Origin: Mytilus edulis
Lineage: Eukaryota
Reading direction: 5' to 3'
Assembly: GCF_963676685.1 (NCBI RefSeq)
Contig: NC_092346.1
Span: 31,806,001-31,870,000 of the forward strand
DNA: 64,000 nt
Shown here in pieces: positions 1 through 13,496 of the stretch. Under the pieces are notes generated by a model. It was not told where the DNA came from. It saw only the letters and a list, made by a program, of their open reading frames with translations, and made no database searches. Position 1 is the stretch's first letter; each line of letters begins with the position of its first letter. Made by a program: the position numbers and the translations under genes.

Positions 1-123
1 CCCCCCCTTTTGTGGGAAAAATTTGGTTGATTATATAGGGAATCACTGAAGCATGACTGGAGAGGGCCCCCCTTAGGTCAGTCATCGGGCTCCCCCTTAT
101 GAAAAGTTCTGGATCCGCCACTG
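1..123. mobile_element. Right end of a MITE-like insertion (terminus GGATCCGCCACTG), truncated by the window edge
   Basis: GC-rich segment ending ggatccgccactg. It is absent at the homologous position of duplicate copy 2 (about 37565), where homology begins right after it. Confidence 0.6.
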
Positions 124-1081
124 TCTTGGGTGTGAAAAACTTCAAATCAAGTTGGAAAGTTTCAAAACATTTTGTTAACATGTGAGAAGGGTTTCTCTTC
201 ATAGTTAGACAAGATAGATAAAAATTTGTTCGCGGTTGAAAAAAATGGGGAAGTGTAGGGACAATTTTTTTTTTTTTAACAATTTTATGTTTTTGTTGAA
301 AAAGTTTTGGAATTTTCATGTGTTTGTTGTCTATTTGTATTGAAATTTCAAGAAATTAGCATAAAAGTTTGGTGATTATTGAAAGTAGAACCATATGTGT
401 AAATCAACCTTGCCTTATTACATATTAAAGTTACCAGTAGTGTTTGCTTTTGTATACAACATGTTACTTAGCAGTTTGTTCCCCATGAATTCTATATTTA
501 CATCTGGGAATTGGAATAATTAGCAAAAAAAAAAAATGAGCAGAATAATATCATTAGGGTTGTCTGCAGGGTGATGAGGAATTTAATGGCATAGGAATCC
601 AAAAGGCTCATCAACTTGTAACTTAATCTCATGAAAAACTTTTAATGGCTCTAAAGAAGTAATTTAGGGCAAAAGATGTTTTCACCAGCCTTCTCTTCTG
701 ATCCATTTCATTTCTCAACAAACATTTATCATGAATTAAATGCATTTTTGAATGGTTTAAAGACTTTTGTCAACAATTTGAAGATAAACTGTGAAATTTG
801 GCTAAGTTTCGGTTGTAATTTAGAAGTAAATATCTGAACTGAGGTTGATACGGGAGGTCAGAGGTCACCTTAGTAATGATAATTTGTCTTAATCTTGGCA
901 AATGATGATCTAGACTCTGGTTTTTGTGTGGCGCCTCACTTGTATATCAGTCATTAATCATTCCTTAGTGACAGTTTGTCCACAATTAGGCCAAAGTCAA
1001 ATTATTTTGATGATAATTAGAAAAGGCCAGTGCAAAAATAATATTGGTTAAAAAGTTATTTTTTATTTTTTTTATTTTCAG

Positions 1082-1140
1082 GTTTATTAATGCAAGGCGA
1101 AGAATAGTGCAACCAATGATTGACCAATCAAATAGAGCAG
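1082..1140 (+). CDS. Meis: Meis/homothorax exon (copy 1): end of homeodomain helix 3, (W)FINARRRIVQPMIDQSNRA
   Basis: tttcag acceptor and gtaaga donor. The peptide FINARRRIVQPMIDQSNRA is the Meis/Hth-class TALE homeodomain C-terminus. Confidence 0.97.
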
Positions 1141-1931
1141 GTAAGAATATGAATATTTTTTTAATATTTGCCACTGGACACTTCAGGGGACAGCAATTAG
1201 TATATACAAAAAATTGGTTTGTTTTTGCCAAATTTTATACTAATAACCTAAAAAAAAATCAAATTTGAAAAATTTATTTAAATTAAAACATAAAACTTTC
1301 CATGTATTTTTAACTATGCAAATTTACACTCCTCCCCCTTTCTTGATTCAAAACTTCTGGTATGGAAATACATCAAGCATTTCAATTTCAATCCAAATGG
1401 CCATTTAATTGCCTAAGCTTTAAGGATTAAAAATTATTGTGACTTGCAGAATGCCAACTTGACAAAAGAATATGCAAAAAAAAAATAAACACGAAAATTA
1501 TGATTTCCTTTTCTTAATTAAAATCTAATGTATATTGTTTAGTAGGTATAAAAGTGACGGAAATGAAATGAAGACATTTGTCATTATAACCACATTACCA
1601 TTGGTTTTTCTCTATAAAATTCATGACACGGTCATTTTGGCATGTTGCAAGTGAAACAATAAACCATTGTAGTCTTACATAATATTAAACCCATAAACCC
1701 ATCAACTGTCAAAAATATGCAAATAAGACAAAAGTTCAGAACAATAATATTTATTTTTGTCAAAATTTCTGAAATTATAAATTTCGAAAGAATTACTACG
1801 ATCTGTGAAGTTTCTGACCACAAATATTTTATATAATGAATTTTTAAGTAAATTCTGCATGTAAAACAGCTGTTTTATAAAGATAAATACATGTAGAAAG
1901 AAAATCTTAATCATTGTCTTAATCTTTTCAG

Positions 1932-2006
1932 CACCAGGAGGTCATGGATATAGTCCAGAGAGTATGGGTTGGGATAGCCAGGCCATGGCACATATGAGTC
2001 CTCACA
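1932..2006 (+). CDS. Meis: Meis penultimate coding exon (copy 1): APGGHGYSPESMGWDSQAMAHMSPH
   Basis: cttttcag acceptor and gtaagt donor. The 75-bp phase 1/1 exon joins both neighbours in frame and is identical in copy 2. Confidence 0.92.
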
Positions 2007-2098
2007 GTAAGTAGTTCTAAGATTCCTACACATATTTTGTCCTCCGATAAATCAAAAGATCGGATTAAGATGAATTTGTTAATCCCAGATTAGGCTTA

Positions 2099-3446
2099 TG
2101 GTGACTTGAATAACACCGGTATCACTCAGATTACAATTCTACCTTGACAGGTAAGTTTGTATTTAGCCTATAAAATACTTATTTAGCCTTGAGAATTGAA
2201 AGGTCAGTTTATTCCATTCATACAATAGGAGTTGATGAATTTGGCTTCATGCCATTTACCTTGTCCAAAATTAAGGTCACTTTATTGTTATTGTGATATT
2301 GTTTAAGTACAAAAGAACCCTATATTCTGACCAATACTTAAAACTTTGTGCATCTTGATTTAATTGTTAAAAATCTGTTAATGTTGAATTTTAGGGGTTA
2401 TTTTAGGCCTTTTAATTGCATATTTCTTTACATGGTAGTTTTTTTTTTCAGATATAAAAAAAACTATCTGCTTGACTGTTATAGAAATAGACTATGCTTG
2501 CAGGATCTTGATTTTTGTTTACATCAAATCTGACAGATTATTATTAAGTTGCAAAATATTTTAAATGAGAGCTGAAATTTGTTCTATCTTTAAATGTGCA
2601 TTGAACAATGTTGAAGGTTAAAATAATCATAATGTGAACAAGAATGAAGAAAACATCTTGGTCCCAAAAAAAACATCATCAACCAGGATATAATATTCCA
2701 AATTTTAATTTATTATACTAATATCAGTTGAAATCTCAAGCCACTATTTTGCATGTTTACAATGTAGGTCATGTCCCAACAGAAAATCAATGAATTTGAC
2801 AGTACAATGTACTCTTAGCACAAACACATAAGGTCACTGTGAAATAGACATCTAGGGCAAGAAACAGTCAGTTATACCAAACCAGTTTGACTAGATGTCT
2901 AGTTTAAAACCAGTTTGACTAGATGTGTCCTATATTTTGACAATGTAAATGACATGAGGACCTGCATGGGTTTTTTTAATATCTGTATTCTTTAAATTTT
3001 TAGGGCATTTTTCTTTTAATAGCCTTAAAAATAACTCTCATTCTGTAAAGCAAATTCTCATGAAAATGATTTTACTATATAGTCTTTCTGTTACAAGATT
3101 ATTTATCAATTATGCACATTGATCATTATATTATCGGTATTGCATTACAGTTACCTAAGTTTCCTTTTTATTTTGCACATTTATTCTTTATACTTTTGCA
3201 CTGCATTATTCTCTATTCTTTATTTTGTTGTACATTTTCTCTATTCTCTATTTTTTGTTGCTATTACATTTATTCTCTATTCTGTAAACCCCATTCTGAC
3301 CCTTATAGGTAAACTTCTATTGTATGAATGGGATAAACTGACCTTTCAATTCTCACGGCTAAATAAGTATTTTATAGGCTAAATACAAACTTACCTGTCA
3401 AGGTAGAATTGTAATCTGAGTGATATCGGTGTTATTCAAGTCACCA
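2099..3446. mobile_element. Non-autonomous Tc1/mariner-like DNA transposon, about 130-bp TIRs, TA target duplication
   Basis: 2099-~2233 is the near-perfect reverse complement of ~3313-3446. TA flanks at 2097-2098 and 3447-3448. The empty site ggctTAatggttc is present in copy 2 (about 40321-40333). Confidence 0.9.
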
Positions 3447-3852
3447 TAATGGTTCATCAAAGGTTAAGTGGATTTGTTCACAGCTTAAGTGGATTTGTTC
3501 ACAGCTTAAGTGTAATTTGTTCACAGTTTAAACTTATTGTAAAGCTTTTAATTGGTTCAAAGGATAAGCTCATAGAAAACAAACAATGTTCAAATTGTTA
3601 AAGCACATGAAATCTTTCTGGATTGATAATGATATTGAATTTGAAGGACATGTCAGGTATCAGTGAGACAGCAACCTAAAAATGTGAAGAAAAGAAATAA
3701 TAACATTGTTGAAGTTCTGTTGAATATTTTGCTCAAAATAAGCAAAGCCAAAATATATAGCAATGCAAACATATATAGTTGTAAATTTAGATTTTAAAAA
3801 ATGAATTACATGATTAAAATTATTAATATTATTTTCAATATTTTAATTCCAG

Positions 3853-4193
3853 TGTTCCAAGGAAGACATGGTAGTGAAATGTATGATCAAATGAAGGGAT
3901 ATTCTCATATGGAAGGACAGAGATACGATATGCTTGGAGTTCAGGGTATGCATAGTAGTGACATGTTCGGAAGTACTGCTGTCACTGGCAGTAGTTCATA
4001 CTCTCAGATGTCACAGTTACGACCACCAGTTCATTCGCAAGCAATGCTAATACCAGGGCATCCGCATCATATGATGATGGGACATGGAGCCCACGGCATG
4101 AGTCCCATGTCGATGGGATCTGCTCAAAGTCCTCCATTACATGGCAGCTTGGACAGTATGGGTGCACACATTCAGGATATTCATGCTGGATAA
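3853..4193 (+). CDS. Meis: Meis terminal coding exon (copy 1), M/H/G/S-rich C-terminal domain ending ...IQDIHAG*
   Basis: ttccag acceptor at 3852, in frame with the previous exon. The DIHAG end resembles the DIHAQ end of long vertebrate Meis isoforms. Confidence 0.93.
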
Positions 4194-5890
4194 AAATCAG
4201 GAGTAAAACATTGTGCTTTAAAAAGAACAAGGACATTTGGCTTGGCCTGCGAACATAATTAAGCCAAGGAATAAAGCGTGACTAAAAAGTATTTGTGGGT
4301 ACAGTAGTTTAAAACTACAGCCTATTTTATTACAATCACGGTGATCTCTCAATCATTTAGCAGTCACTCATTGTGTGGAATCTAATTCCTAACGGTTGCA
4401 GGCTAGCCAAGGGAAGTAACTGGTGTGCTAGTCAATCTAACAGAGTAAGGGAGTCGACAACTGACTGCAGTTTTAAAACTAGTCTTCACAACTTGTTATA
4501 ATGGGATATGGGGAAAACTACGCAAAAGTATTATTAAAAAAAAACGCAGTTCATGTTGACAATGAGTTGCCAAGTATTATATATGTATTTTATTGTCTCT
4601 GGACAAGAAACACGTCTTGGTCACATATGTGCCACATACCTCATGATGATCAAAATAAATGTACATTTAAATGGCCATGACTTTGTAAAGCATTCCACGT
4701 CAAAGTATGTTCTGTCAAACATCAACTCTTCAGTTGAAGGAATATGTTTTTGTGCCATGGAATATTTGAATTTTTTGTCACATGACATTGTTAAACCAAT
4801 CAGAAGAGTTGCCCTGTAGTGGGGTGACCAATTAAATTAAAGCTTTAAGATTTACCTCATTATTATTCCTTTGTAATTACAGCCAGTTCCATTGTGTTGG
4901 AAGTGGACATTTTATTTAATGGTGCATGTTAAAAAAAGTATTTGGTGCAAATTATTTGTATAGTAAAGATGTTTGTTGAATGTATGTTTATATATGTTAT
5001 TGTGTATTAAAGTGAAAAATCATTATTTGAAGAGTTTTTTCTTTGTGTGACATTTTTATATTTTCTGGCCAGGTTGTGTAGATCTACTTGCAGTTTAATT
5101 TGTAAATGTTTTGTTGTTTTTGTTGAAGTTTGTTTGAATATTTTTTTTAGATTGAACAAATTTTAAGCTTGATATTTATTCGATTTGCCAGATTTTTTTT
5201 TTTTTGATAATTAACCAATTTGTTTTTGGTTTGTGATTTGTTACAGCATGATTTTTTTTGTTTTTTTCTTTTATCTAAAAACAAGTACTAAGTTATTTCT
5301 AAGTGCTGACCATTTATTTATGATGTTTTTAAAAAAAATGTTAAAGTGCAGATTTTAAACTGGCATGTAATTACTACATGTGTATTTAATTGTAAAGTAA
5401 TATTAATGTCAGAGACTGCTGAAATCTTTCCTTTATCTTTTTGTACTGATTTTAACTAGAGAAAGACATATTTATATGTATATCTGTAGCAATTATTTTA
5501 GATTGTTTCAAGATGTCCAATATTACATTTCTTAACTATACTTCTTTTATGATTCCCCAATAAATATATATTTACATTTTTTATCATTTCAATGCCAGAA
5601 TGAACAAAAAATAACTGAAAAAGATGTATCAAATTTTCAGAAAATCTTAAACAATCATGCACGAGGTTTACCAAAAATACACTGAAATTGATTATTGTCT
5701 GAATGTGTCTGACTATGAGGAAATGAAAGATTGCAATGATGTGTGTGGTGAAGTGTGGAGCTGAGCTTGATGCTTAGGGACTTGTGAAAAGTTTTAGGGA
5801 ATTTTAATACGAGATTGTCAAATATTTTGAGCAAAATTCCAGAGAAATAAAAATTGTTGTAATAAACTAATTGCTTGTGTTTTATTATAT
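4194..5890 (+). other. Meis: Probable Meis 3'UTR (copy 1) with tandem AATAAA at 5846 and 5861 (another at 5559)
   Basis: Follows the stop codon, is repeat-free and near-identical to copy 2. The paired AATAAA is followed by a GT/T-rich tract. Confidence 0.65.
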
Positions 5891-6059
5891 TTGTTTGTCC
5901 AATATGTACCTAATATTAAATGAGGTGGACGATATCAAAGGGCCATTCATTCAAAACTTGTAAGTCAAAGGAAGGATTTGTATCTTACTATCAAATCCTT
6001 GGTAGAAGAAAAGCTGACAACAACATGGCAAAAAAAACCCAACAAGAAACAACTAGCTT

Positions 6060-6650
6060 AAATACAAACATGTCAATAAAAACTGGATAGAAAAAATCAT
6101 TGGCCTTTAGTATCAAAATCATACTTGGTCAAAATACAAAAATGTCAACAACAAAAATCATAGAAATATACATGGGCCTTTAGTATCAAAATCATACGTT
6201 TGTTAAAATACAAAAATGTCAACAAAAAACATCATAGAAATATACATTGGCCTTTAGTATCAAAATCAGACGTTTGTTAAAATACAAAAATGTCAACAAA
6301 AAACTTCATAGAAATATACATTGGCCTTTAGTATCAAAATCATATGTTTGTTAAAATACATAATGTCAACAAAAAACTTCATAGAAATATACATTGGCCT
6401 TTAGTATCAAAATCATATGTTTGTTAAAATACAAAAATGTCAACAAAAAACTTCATAGAAATATACATTGGCCTTTAGTATCAAAATTATACTTGATTGA
6501 AATACAAAAGTGTCAACAAAAAACTTCATAGAAAAATTCATTGGACTTTAGTATCAAAATCATACTTTATTAAAATACAAAAATTCCAACAAAAAAACTT
6601 CATAGAAAAATACATTGCCCTTTAGTATCAAAAACACTTGGTTGAAATGA
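6060..6650. repeat. 74-bp minisatellite, about 8 units
   Basis: The cattggcctttagtatcaaaatcat motif recurs at about 6098, 6170, 6245, 6319, 6392, 6466, 6539 and 6613. Confidence 0.93.
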
Positions 6651-6960
6651 AAAGGAAAAAGAATTCATATCTCACATTTTCCTTCAAAGATAAAATTTCA
6701 AATCATAAAAAAAAAAGAAGATTTGCACTTGTTGAAACTGAAGATTGAAGATTTAAAAGATGATAAAATGATCAGTCAAATATTTGATTTTTCCATGATT
6801 CATATGGTACCAAAACTAGTTCAGTTCAAACCTTCTGATTAGATATAAGAATATGTGTTTTGAGACAAGTCTCCATCCAAGTCAAGGTCTTCAACAAGGA
6901 GCCCTGGCTCACACCATACAGCAAGCTATAAAGAGCCCCCAAAATGACTAGTAAGTTTCC

Positions 6961-7464
6961 TTTTTATGCCCCACCTACGATAGTAGAGGGGCATCATGTT
7001 TTTTGGTCGGTGTGTCTGCCCACCTACAATAGTAGAGGGGCATTATGTTCTGGTCTGTGTGTTTGTTCGATTGTTCGTTTGTCTGTCCTGCTTCAGGTTA
7101 AAGTTTTTGGTCAAGGTAGTTTTGGATTAAGTTGAAGTCTTAATCAACTCGAAACTTCGTATACCCTTTATACGATCTTTCTAATTTTAATGCCAAATTT
7201 GATTTTTTTGACCCAAATTTCACTGTCCATTGAACATAGAAAAAGGATAGTGCAAGTTTCAGGTTAAAGTTTTTGGTCAAGGTAGTTTTTGATTAAGATG
7301 AAGTCCAATCAACTTGAAACTTAGTACACATGTTTCCTATGACTTGATCTTTCTAATTTTAATACCAAATTAGATTTTTCACCCCAATTTCACACTCACT
7401 GTCCACTAAACATAGAAAATGATAATGCAAGTGGGGCATCGGTGTGCTATGGACACATTCTTGT
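6961..7464 (+). mobile_element. Non-autonomous Helentron-like (HINE/DINE-1-like) element
   Basis: Begins tttttatgcccc and ends ggggcatc...cattcttgt (subterminal inverted repeat plus short 3' palindrome), with an internal duplicated core. Relatives at about 13985-14308 and 43524-44017. Confidence 0.7.
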
Positions 7465-7682
7465 TCTTCATGTCTTTTATCATATAGATATATAAAGTAC
7501 AACAATTGAGGAAAAGAAAATATGAAATAAAGTCTCCAAAATTTTTCCCCTACTGATTTTCATAGTTCATTATCAGGAATCTTTTGCCAGAAATGCATGA
7601 CAAATTTATTAAGATCAATTTATATTGTTTATTTCTTTAACAGTCATTCATAAATAAAGTATGTAAATTTATATATTCAATT

Positions 7683-9663
7683 TTTATACGACCACAAAAT
7701 TTGAAAAAAATTTCGTCGTATATTGCTATCACTTTGGCGTCGTCGTCTGCGTCGTCGTCGTCGTCCGAATACTTTTAGTTTTCGCACTCTAACTTTAGTA
7801 AAAGTGAATGGAAATCTATGAAATTTTAACACAAGGTTTATGACCACAAAAGGAAGGTTGGTATTGATTTTGGGAGTTTTGGTCCCAACATTGTAGGAAT
7901 TAGGGGCCAAAAAGGGCCCAAATAAGCATTTTCTTGGTTTTCGCACTATAACTTTAGTTTAAGTTAATAGAAATCTATGAAATTTTGACACAAGGTTTAT
8001 GACCACAAAAGAACGGTTGGTATTGATTTTGGGAGTTTTGGTTTCAACAGTTTAGGAATTAGGGGCCAAAAAAGGGCCCAAATAAGCATTATTCTTGATT
8101 TTCACACAATAACTTTAGTTTTAGTAAATAGAAATCAATGAAATTTAAACACAATGTTAATGACTACAAAAGGAAGGTTGGTATTGATTTTGGGAGTTTA
8201 GGTCCCAACAGTTTAGGAATTAGGGGCCAAAAAGGGACCCAAATAAGCATTTTTCTTGGTTTTCGCACCATAACGTTAGTATAAGTAAATAGAAATCTAT
8301 GAAATTTAAACACAAGGTTTATGACCATAAAAGGAAGGTTAGTTTTGATTTTGGGAGTTTTGGTCCCAACAGAATAAGGGGCCCAAAGGGTCCAAAATTA
8401 AACTTTGTTTGATTTCATCAAAATTGAATAATTGGGGTTCTTTGATATGCCGAATCTAACTGTCATGACTGTGTATGTAGATTCTTAACTTTTGGTCCCG
8501 TTTTCAAATTGGTCTACATTAAGGTCCAAAGGGTCCAAAATTAAACTTAGTTTGATTTTGACAAAAAAATGAATCAGTTAGGTTCTTTGATATGCTGAAT
8601 CTAAAAATGTACTTAGATTCTTGATTATTGGCCCAGTTTTCAAGTTGGTCCAAATCGGGGTCCAAAATTAAACTTTGTTTGATTTCATCAAAAATTGAAT
8701 AAATGGGGTTCTTTGATATACCAAATCTAACTGTGTATGTAGATTCTTCATTTTTGGTCCTGTTTTCAAATTGGTCTACACTAAAGTCCAAAGGGTCCAA
8801 AATTAAACTTAGTCTGATTTTAACAAAAATTGAAATCTTGGGGTTCTTTGATATGCTGAATCCAAAAATGTACTTAGATTTTTTATTATGGGCCCAGTTT
8901 TCAAGTTGGTCCAAATCAGGATCTAAAATTATTATATTAAGTATTGTGCAATAGCAAGTCTTTTCAATTGCACAGTATTGCGCAATGGCAAGAAATATCT
9001 AATTGCACAATATTGTGAAATAGCAAATTTTTTTTTAATTAGAGTTATCTTTCTTTGTCCAGAATAATAAGCAAGAAATATCTAATTGCAAAATATTGTG
9101 CAATAGCAAGATTTTTTTTAATTGGAGTTATCTTTCTTTGTCCAGAATCAACTTAAATCTTTGTTATATACAATATACAATGTATATTCACTTTTTACTA
9201 CCAACTGATAAATTAAAATAATCTTTACCATTCAGTGATAACAAGCAGTTTGTTTACATCTTAATATTTTATGATGTATTTAAATGAGTAGTTATTGTTG
9301 CAAACTCCATTAGAAATTTAATTGAGATTAGTTTTGGAATAAGGGAAAGGGGGATGTGATTAAAAAAATTGGGTTCAATTTTTCTCATTTGAAATTTCAT
9401 AAATAAAAAAGAAAATTTCTTCAAACATTTTTTTGAGAGGATTAATATTCAACAGCATAGTGAATTGCTCTAAGAGAAAACAAAAATTTTAAGTTCATTA
9501 GAACACATTCATTCTGTGTCAGAAACCTATGCTGTGTCAACTATTTAATCACAATCCAAATTTAGAGCTGAATCCAGCTTGAATGTTGTGTCCATACTTG
9601 CCCCAACCGTTCAGGGTTCAACCTCTGCGGTCGTATAAAGCTACGCCATGCGGAGCATCTGGT
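7683..9663 (+). mobile_element. 2-kb non-autonomous Helentron-like element with internal ~160-bp tandem repeats
   Basis: Subterminal IR tttatacgacc/ggtcgtataaa, (CGT)n microsatellite near the 5' end and a 3' hairpin. Inserted in a T-run; empty site in copy 2 (about 44231-44250). An inverted relative lies at 26465-28402. Confidence 0.88.
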
Positions 9664-10207
9664 TTAGAATATGTTGACATGAATTCACCTTCATTTTCAT
9701 TTCAACTAAGTTAGATTTGATTTTTTTATAATGAACAATTATACGTTGAGAAATTAAGATAGAAAACGTACTGTGAAAGTTTTCTAACTTGTTTGGGATC
9801 ATTTTTTGTTGATTTAATTTTCCCTTCAATCAACGAAAATGAAAAACATATTTTTATTTAGTCAAAAAGCGTTCATTTTACATCTACAAATTTAAAACAT
9901 CACAAACCATTATTGATTACACATACCAAAAACATGTTACCAAAGAAGAAAAGCCTCTACCTAGAAAGCTCCCAACAACCATTTTATATAGAAGAATATC
10001 TGAAATACAACAAAATGAAGGAAAATATAATATATAAATAGTAAAATAACAGAAAAACTTGATTAACCATTATAAACCAGGCACTTACTATTTAAGGAGG
10101 AATAACCAAGAACAAGATTGCAAATATCAAATATGAATAGAAGATCAAAAGAGCATTTCCCAAAAACTAACTGACATCAAATGTAAAACAATTAGATAGG
10201 TAATAAC

Positions 10208-13200
10208 CTAGTGTTAGCAGGTTGTCAGTATTAACTATAGTGTTGTCAGTATCCACGATAATAATATCCGAGTTGTCAGTATCCAGTGTAGTGTTATCAG
10301 CGTTATCAGTATCCACTGTAGTGTTATCAGAGTTGTCATTATCCACTGTAATGTAATCAGAGTTGTCGGTATCCACTCTAATGTTATCAGTGTTGTCAGT
10401 ATCCACTCTAATGTTATCAGAGTTGTCAGTATCCATGGTAGTGGTCTCAGAGTTGTCAGTATTCACTGTAGTGTTATCAGAGTTGTCAGTATACACTGTA
10501 ATGTTATCAGAGTTGACAGTATCCATGGTAGTGGTCTCAGAGTTGTCAGTATTCATTGTAGTGTTATCAGAGTTGTCAGTATCCACTCTAATGTTATCAG
10601 AGTTGTCAGTATACACTGTAATGTTATCAGAGTTGTCAGTATACACTGTAATGTTATCAGAGTTGTCAGTATCCATGGTAGTGGTCTCAGAGTTTTGAGT
10701 ATCTTCTTTAGTGTTATCAGGGTTGTCTGTATCCACTATAGAGTTATCAGATTTGTCAGTATCAATTAAAGTGTTATCAGAAATGTTAGTATCAACTGTC
10801 ATGTAATCAAAGTTGTCAGTATCCAGTAATATGCTATCAAAGTTGTCAGAATCCACTGTAGTGTTATCAAAGTTGTCAGAATCCCCTGTAGTGTTATCAA
10901 AGTTGTCAGAATCCCCTGAAGTGTTATCAAAATTGTCAGAATCCACTCTGATGTTATCAGAGTTGTCAGTTTCCACTGTAATGTTATCAGAGTTGTCAGT
11001 ATCCACTCTAATGTTATCAGAGTTGTCAGTATCCACTCTAATGTTATCAGAGTTGTCAGTTTCCACTCTAATGTTATCAGAGTTGTCAGTATCAAATCTA
11101 ATGTTATCAGAGTTGTCAGTATCCATGGTAGTGGTCTCAGAGTTGTCAGTATTCACTGTAGTGTTATCAGAGTTGTCAGTATTCACTGTAATGTTATCAG
11201 AGTTGTCAGTATCCATGGTAGTGGTCTCAGAGTTTTGAGTATCTACTTTAGTGTTATCAGATTTGTCAGTATCAACTAAAGTGTTATCAGAAATGTTAGT
11301 ATCAACTGTCATGTAATCAAAGTTGTCAGTATCCAGTAATATGTTATCAAAGTTGTCAGAATCCACTTTAGTGTTATCAAAGTTGTCAGAATCCCCTGCA
11401 GTGTTATCAAAGTTGTCAGAATCCCCTGCAGTGTTATTAAAGTTGTCAGAATCCACTGTAATGTTATCAAAGTTGTCAGAATTCACTGGTGTTATCATAG
11501 TTGTCAGCATCCACTGTTGTGTTATCAGAGTTATCAGTATTTACTGTAGTATTAACGGAGTTGTCAGTGTCCAGTAATATGTAATCAAAGTTGTCAGAAT
11601 CAACTGTAATGTTATCAAAGTTGTCAGAATCCACTAGTGATATCATAGTTGTTAGCATCCACTGTTGTGTTATAAGAGTTATCAGTATCTACTGTAGTAT
11701 TAACGGAGTTGTCAGTATCCACGATAATGTTATCAAAGTTGTCCGTATCTACTGTAGTGTTATCAGAGTTGTCAATATCTAACGTCAGTTATCAAAGTTT
11801 TCCGTATCTACTGTAGTGTTATGAGAGTTGTCAGTATCTAACGTCTTGATATCAAAGTTGTCCGTATCTACTGTAGTGTTATCAGAGTCGTTACTATCTA
11901 ATGTCATGATATCAAAGTTGTCCGTATCTACTGTTCACAAAGTGTTATCAAAGTTGTTACTATCTACTGTAGTGTTATCAGAGTCGTCAGTATCTACTGT
12001 AGTGTTATCAGAGTTGGGAGTATCTAACGTCATGATATCAAAGTTGTACGTATCTACTGTAGTGTTATCAGAGTCGTTAGTATCTAATGTCATGCCATGA
12101 GAGTTGTCAGTATCTACTGTATTGTTATCAGAGTCGTCAGTATCTACTGTAATGTTATCAGAGTTGTCAGTATCCATTGCAATGTTATCAGAGTTGTCAG
12201 TATCCACTGTAATGTTATCAGAGTTGTCAGTTTCCACTCTAATGTTATCAGAGTTGTCAGTTTCCACTGTATTGTTATCCGAGTTGTTAGTTTCCACTGT
12301 AATGTAATCAGAGTTGTCAGTTTCCACTGTTGTGTTATCAGATTTTTTAGTATCCACTGAAATGTTATCAGAGTTTTCAGTATCCACTCTAATGTTATCA
12401 GAGTTGTCAGTTTCCACTCTAATGTTATCAGAGTTGTTAGTTTTCACTCTAATGTTATCAGAGTTGTCAGTTTCCACTATAATATTATCAGAGTTGTCAG
12501 TATCTTCTGTTAGGTTATCAAAGTTGTCAGTATTTACTGTAGGGTTATGCAAACTGTAGATATCTAGTATAAATATCAGAGTTGTCTGTACCTGTTATAG
12601 TGTTTTAGTGTAGTTAATATCTACTATAGTGTTTCCAGAGCTATCAGTATCCACTTATTGTTTTCAGAATTGTAAGTCTAAACTGCAGTGCAATAGGAGT
12701 TGTCAGAATCTACTGTAGTGAAGTGTTATCAGAGTTGTCAGTATCAACTGTAGTGTTATCAGAGTTGTTAGTATCAACCGTAGTGTTCTCAGAGTTGTCT
12801 GTATCGACTTTAGTGTAATGTCCACTGTAGTGTAATCAGAGTTGTTAGTATCGACTGTAGTGTTATCAGAGTTGTCAGTATCTACTATAGTGGTACATAG
12901 TTGTCAGTATCGACCGTAGTGTTATCAGAGTTGTAAGTATCTACTGTAGTTTTATCATAGTTGTCACTATCTACTTGGTGTTTTCAAAGTTGTCAGTATC
13001 CACTGTAGTGTTTCCAGAGCTGTCAGTATCCACTTAGTGTTTTCAGAGTTGTCAGTCTCAGCTGCAGTGTAATAAGAGTTGTCAAAATCTACTGTAGTGT
13101 AATGTTATCAGAGTTGTCAGTATATACTGTAGTTTTATCAGAGTTGTCAATATCTATTGTAGTAGCACATAGTTATCAGTATTCACAGTAACGCCATAAG

Positions 13201-13476
13201 ACTTGTCAATACCCACTGTAGTGGTGTTACCAGAGTCGTCAGTATCCACTGTAGTGTTATCAGAGCTGTCAGTATCCACTGTAATGCTATCAGAATTGTC
13301 AGTTTCCACTCTAATGTTATCAGAGTTGTCAGTATCCACTGTAATGTTATCAGAGTTGTCAGTATCCACTGTAATGCTATCAGAGTTGTCAGTTTCCACT
13401 CCTAATGTTATCAGAGTTGTCAGTTTCCACTCTTATGTTATCAGAGTTGTCAGTATCCACTGTAATGTTATCAGAG
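10208..13476. repeat. 30-bp satellite array (consensus gtgttatcagagttgtcagtatccactgta), about 105 units
   Basis: Strict 30-bp period over 10210-11490, with occasional indels after that. Confidence 0.97.
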
Positions 13477-13496
13477 TTATTGCTTTTTTACTCCAG

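Noticed and set aside
3801-3852. ORF-track N-terminal extensions of the Meis last exon (also 40622-40709)
   Set aside because: Intron sequence upstream of the AG acceptor, not conserved between copies.
4553-4819. 88-aa ORF conserved in both copies (also 41412-41678)
   Set aside because: It lies in the Meis 3'UTR, where the whole region is near-identical, and has no recognisable motif.
7677-8954. ORFs with poly-Arg and repeated motifs
   Set aside because: They derive from the (CGT)n microsatellite and internal repeats of a non-autonomous element.
10208-13476. CRISPR-like array
   Set aside because: Units are contiguous tandem monomers with no unique spacers, and the context is eukaryotic with no cas genes. 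The same applies to the 32-, 49- and 74-bp arrays.
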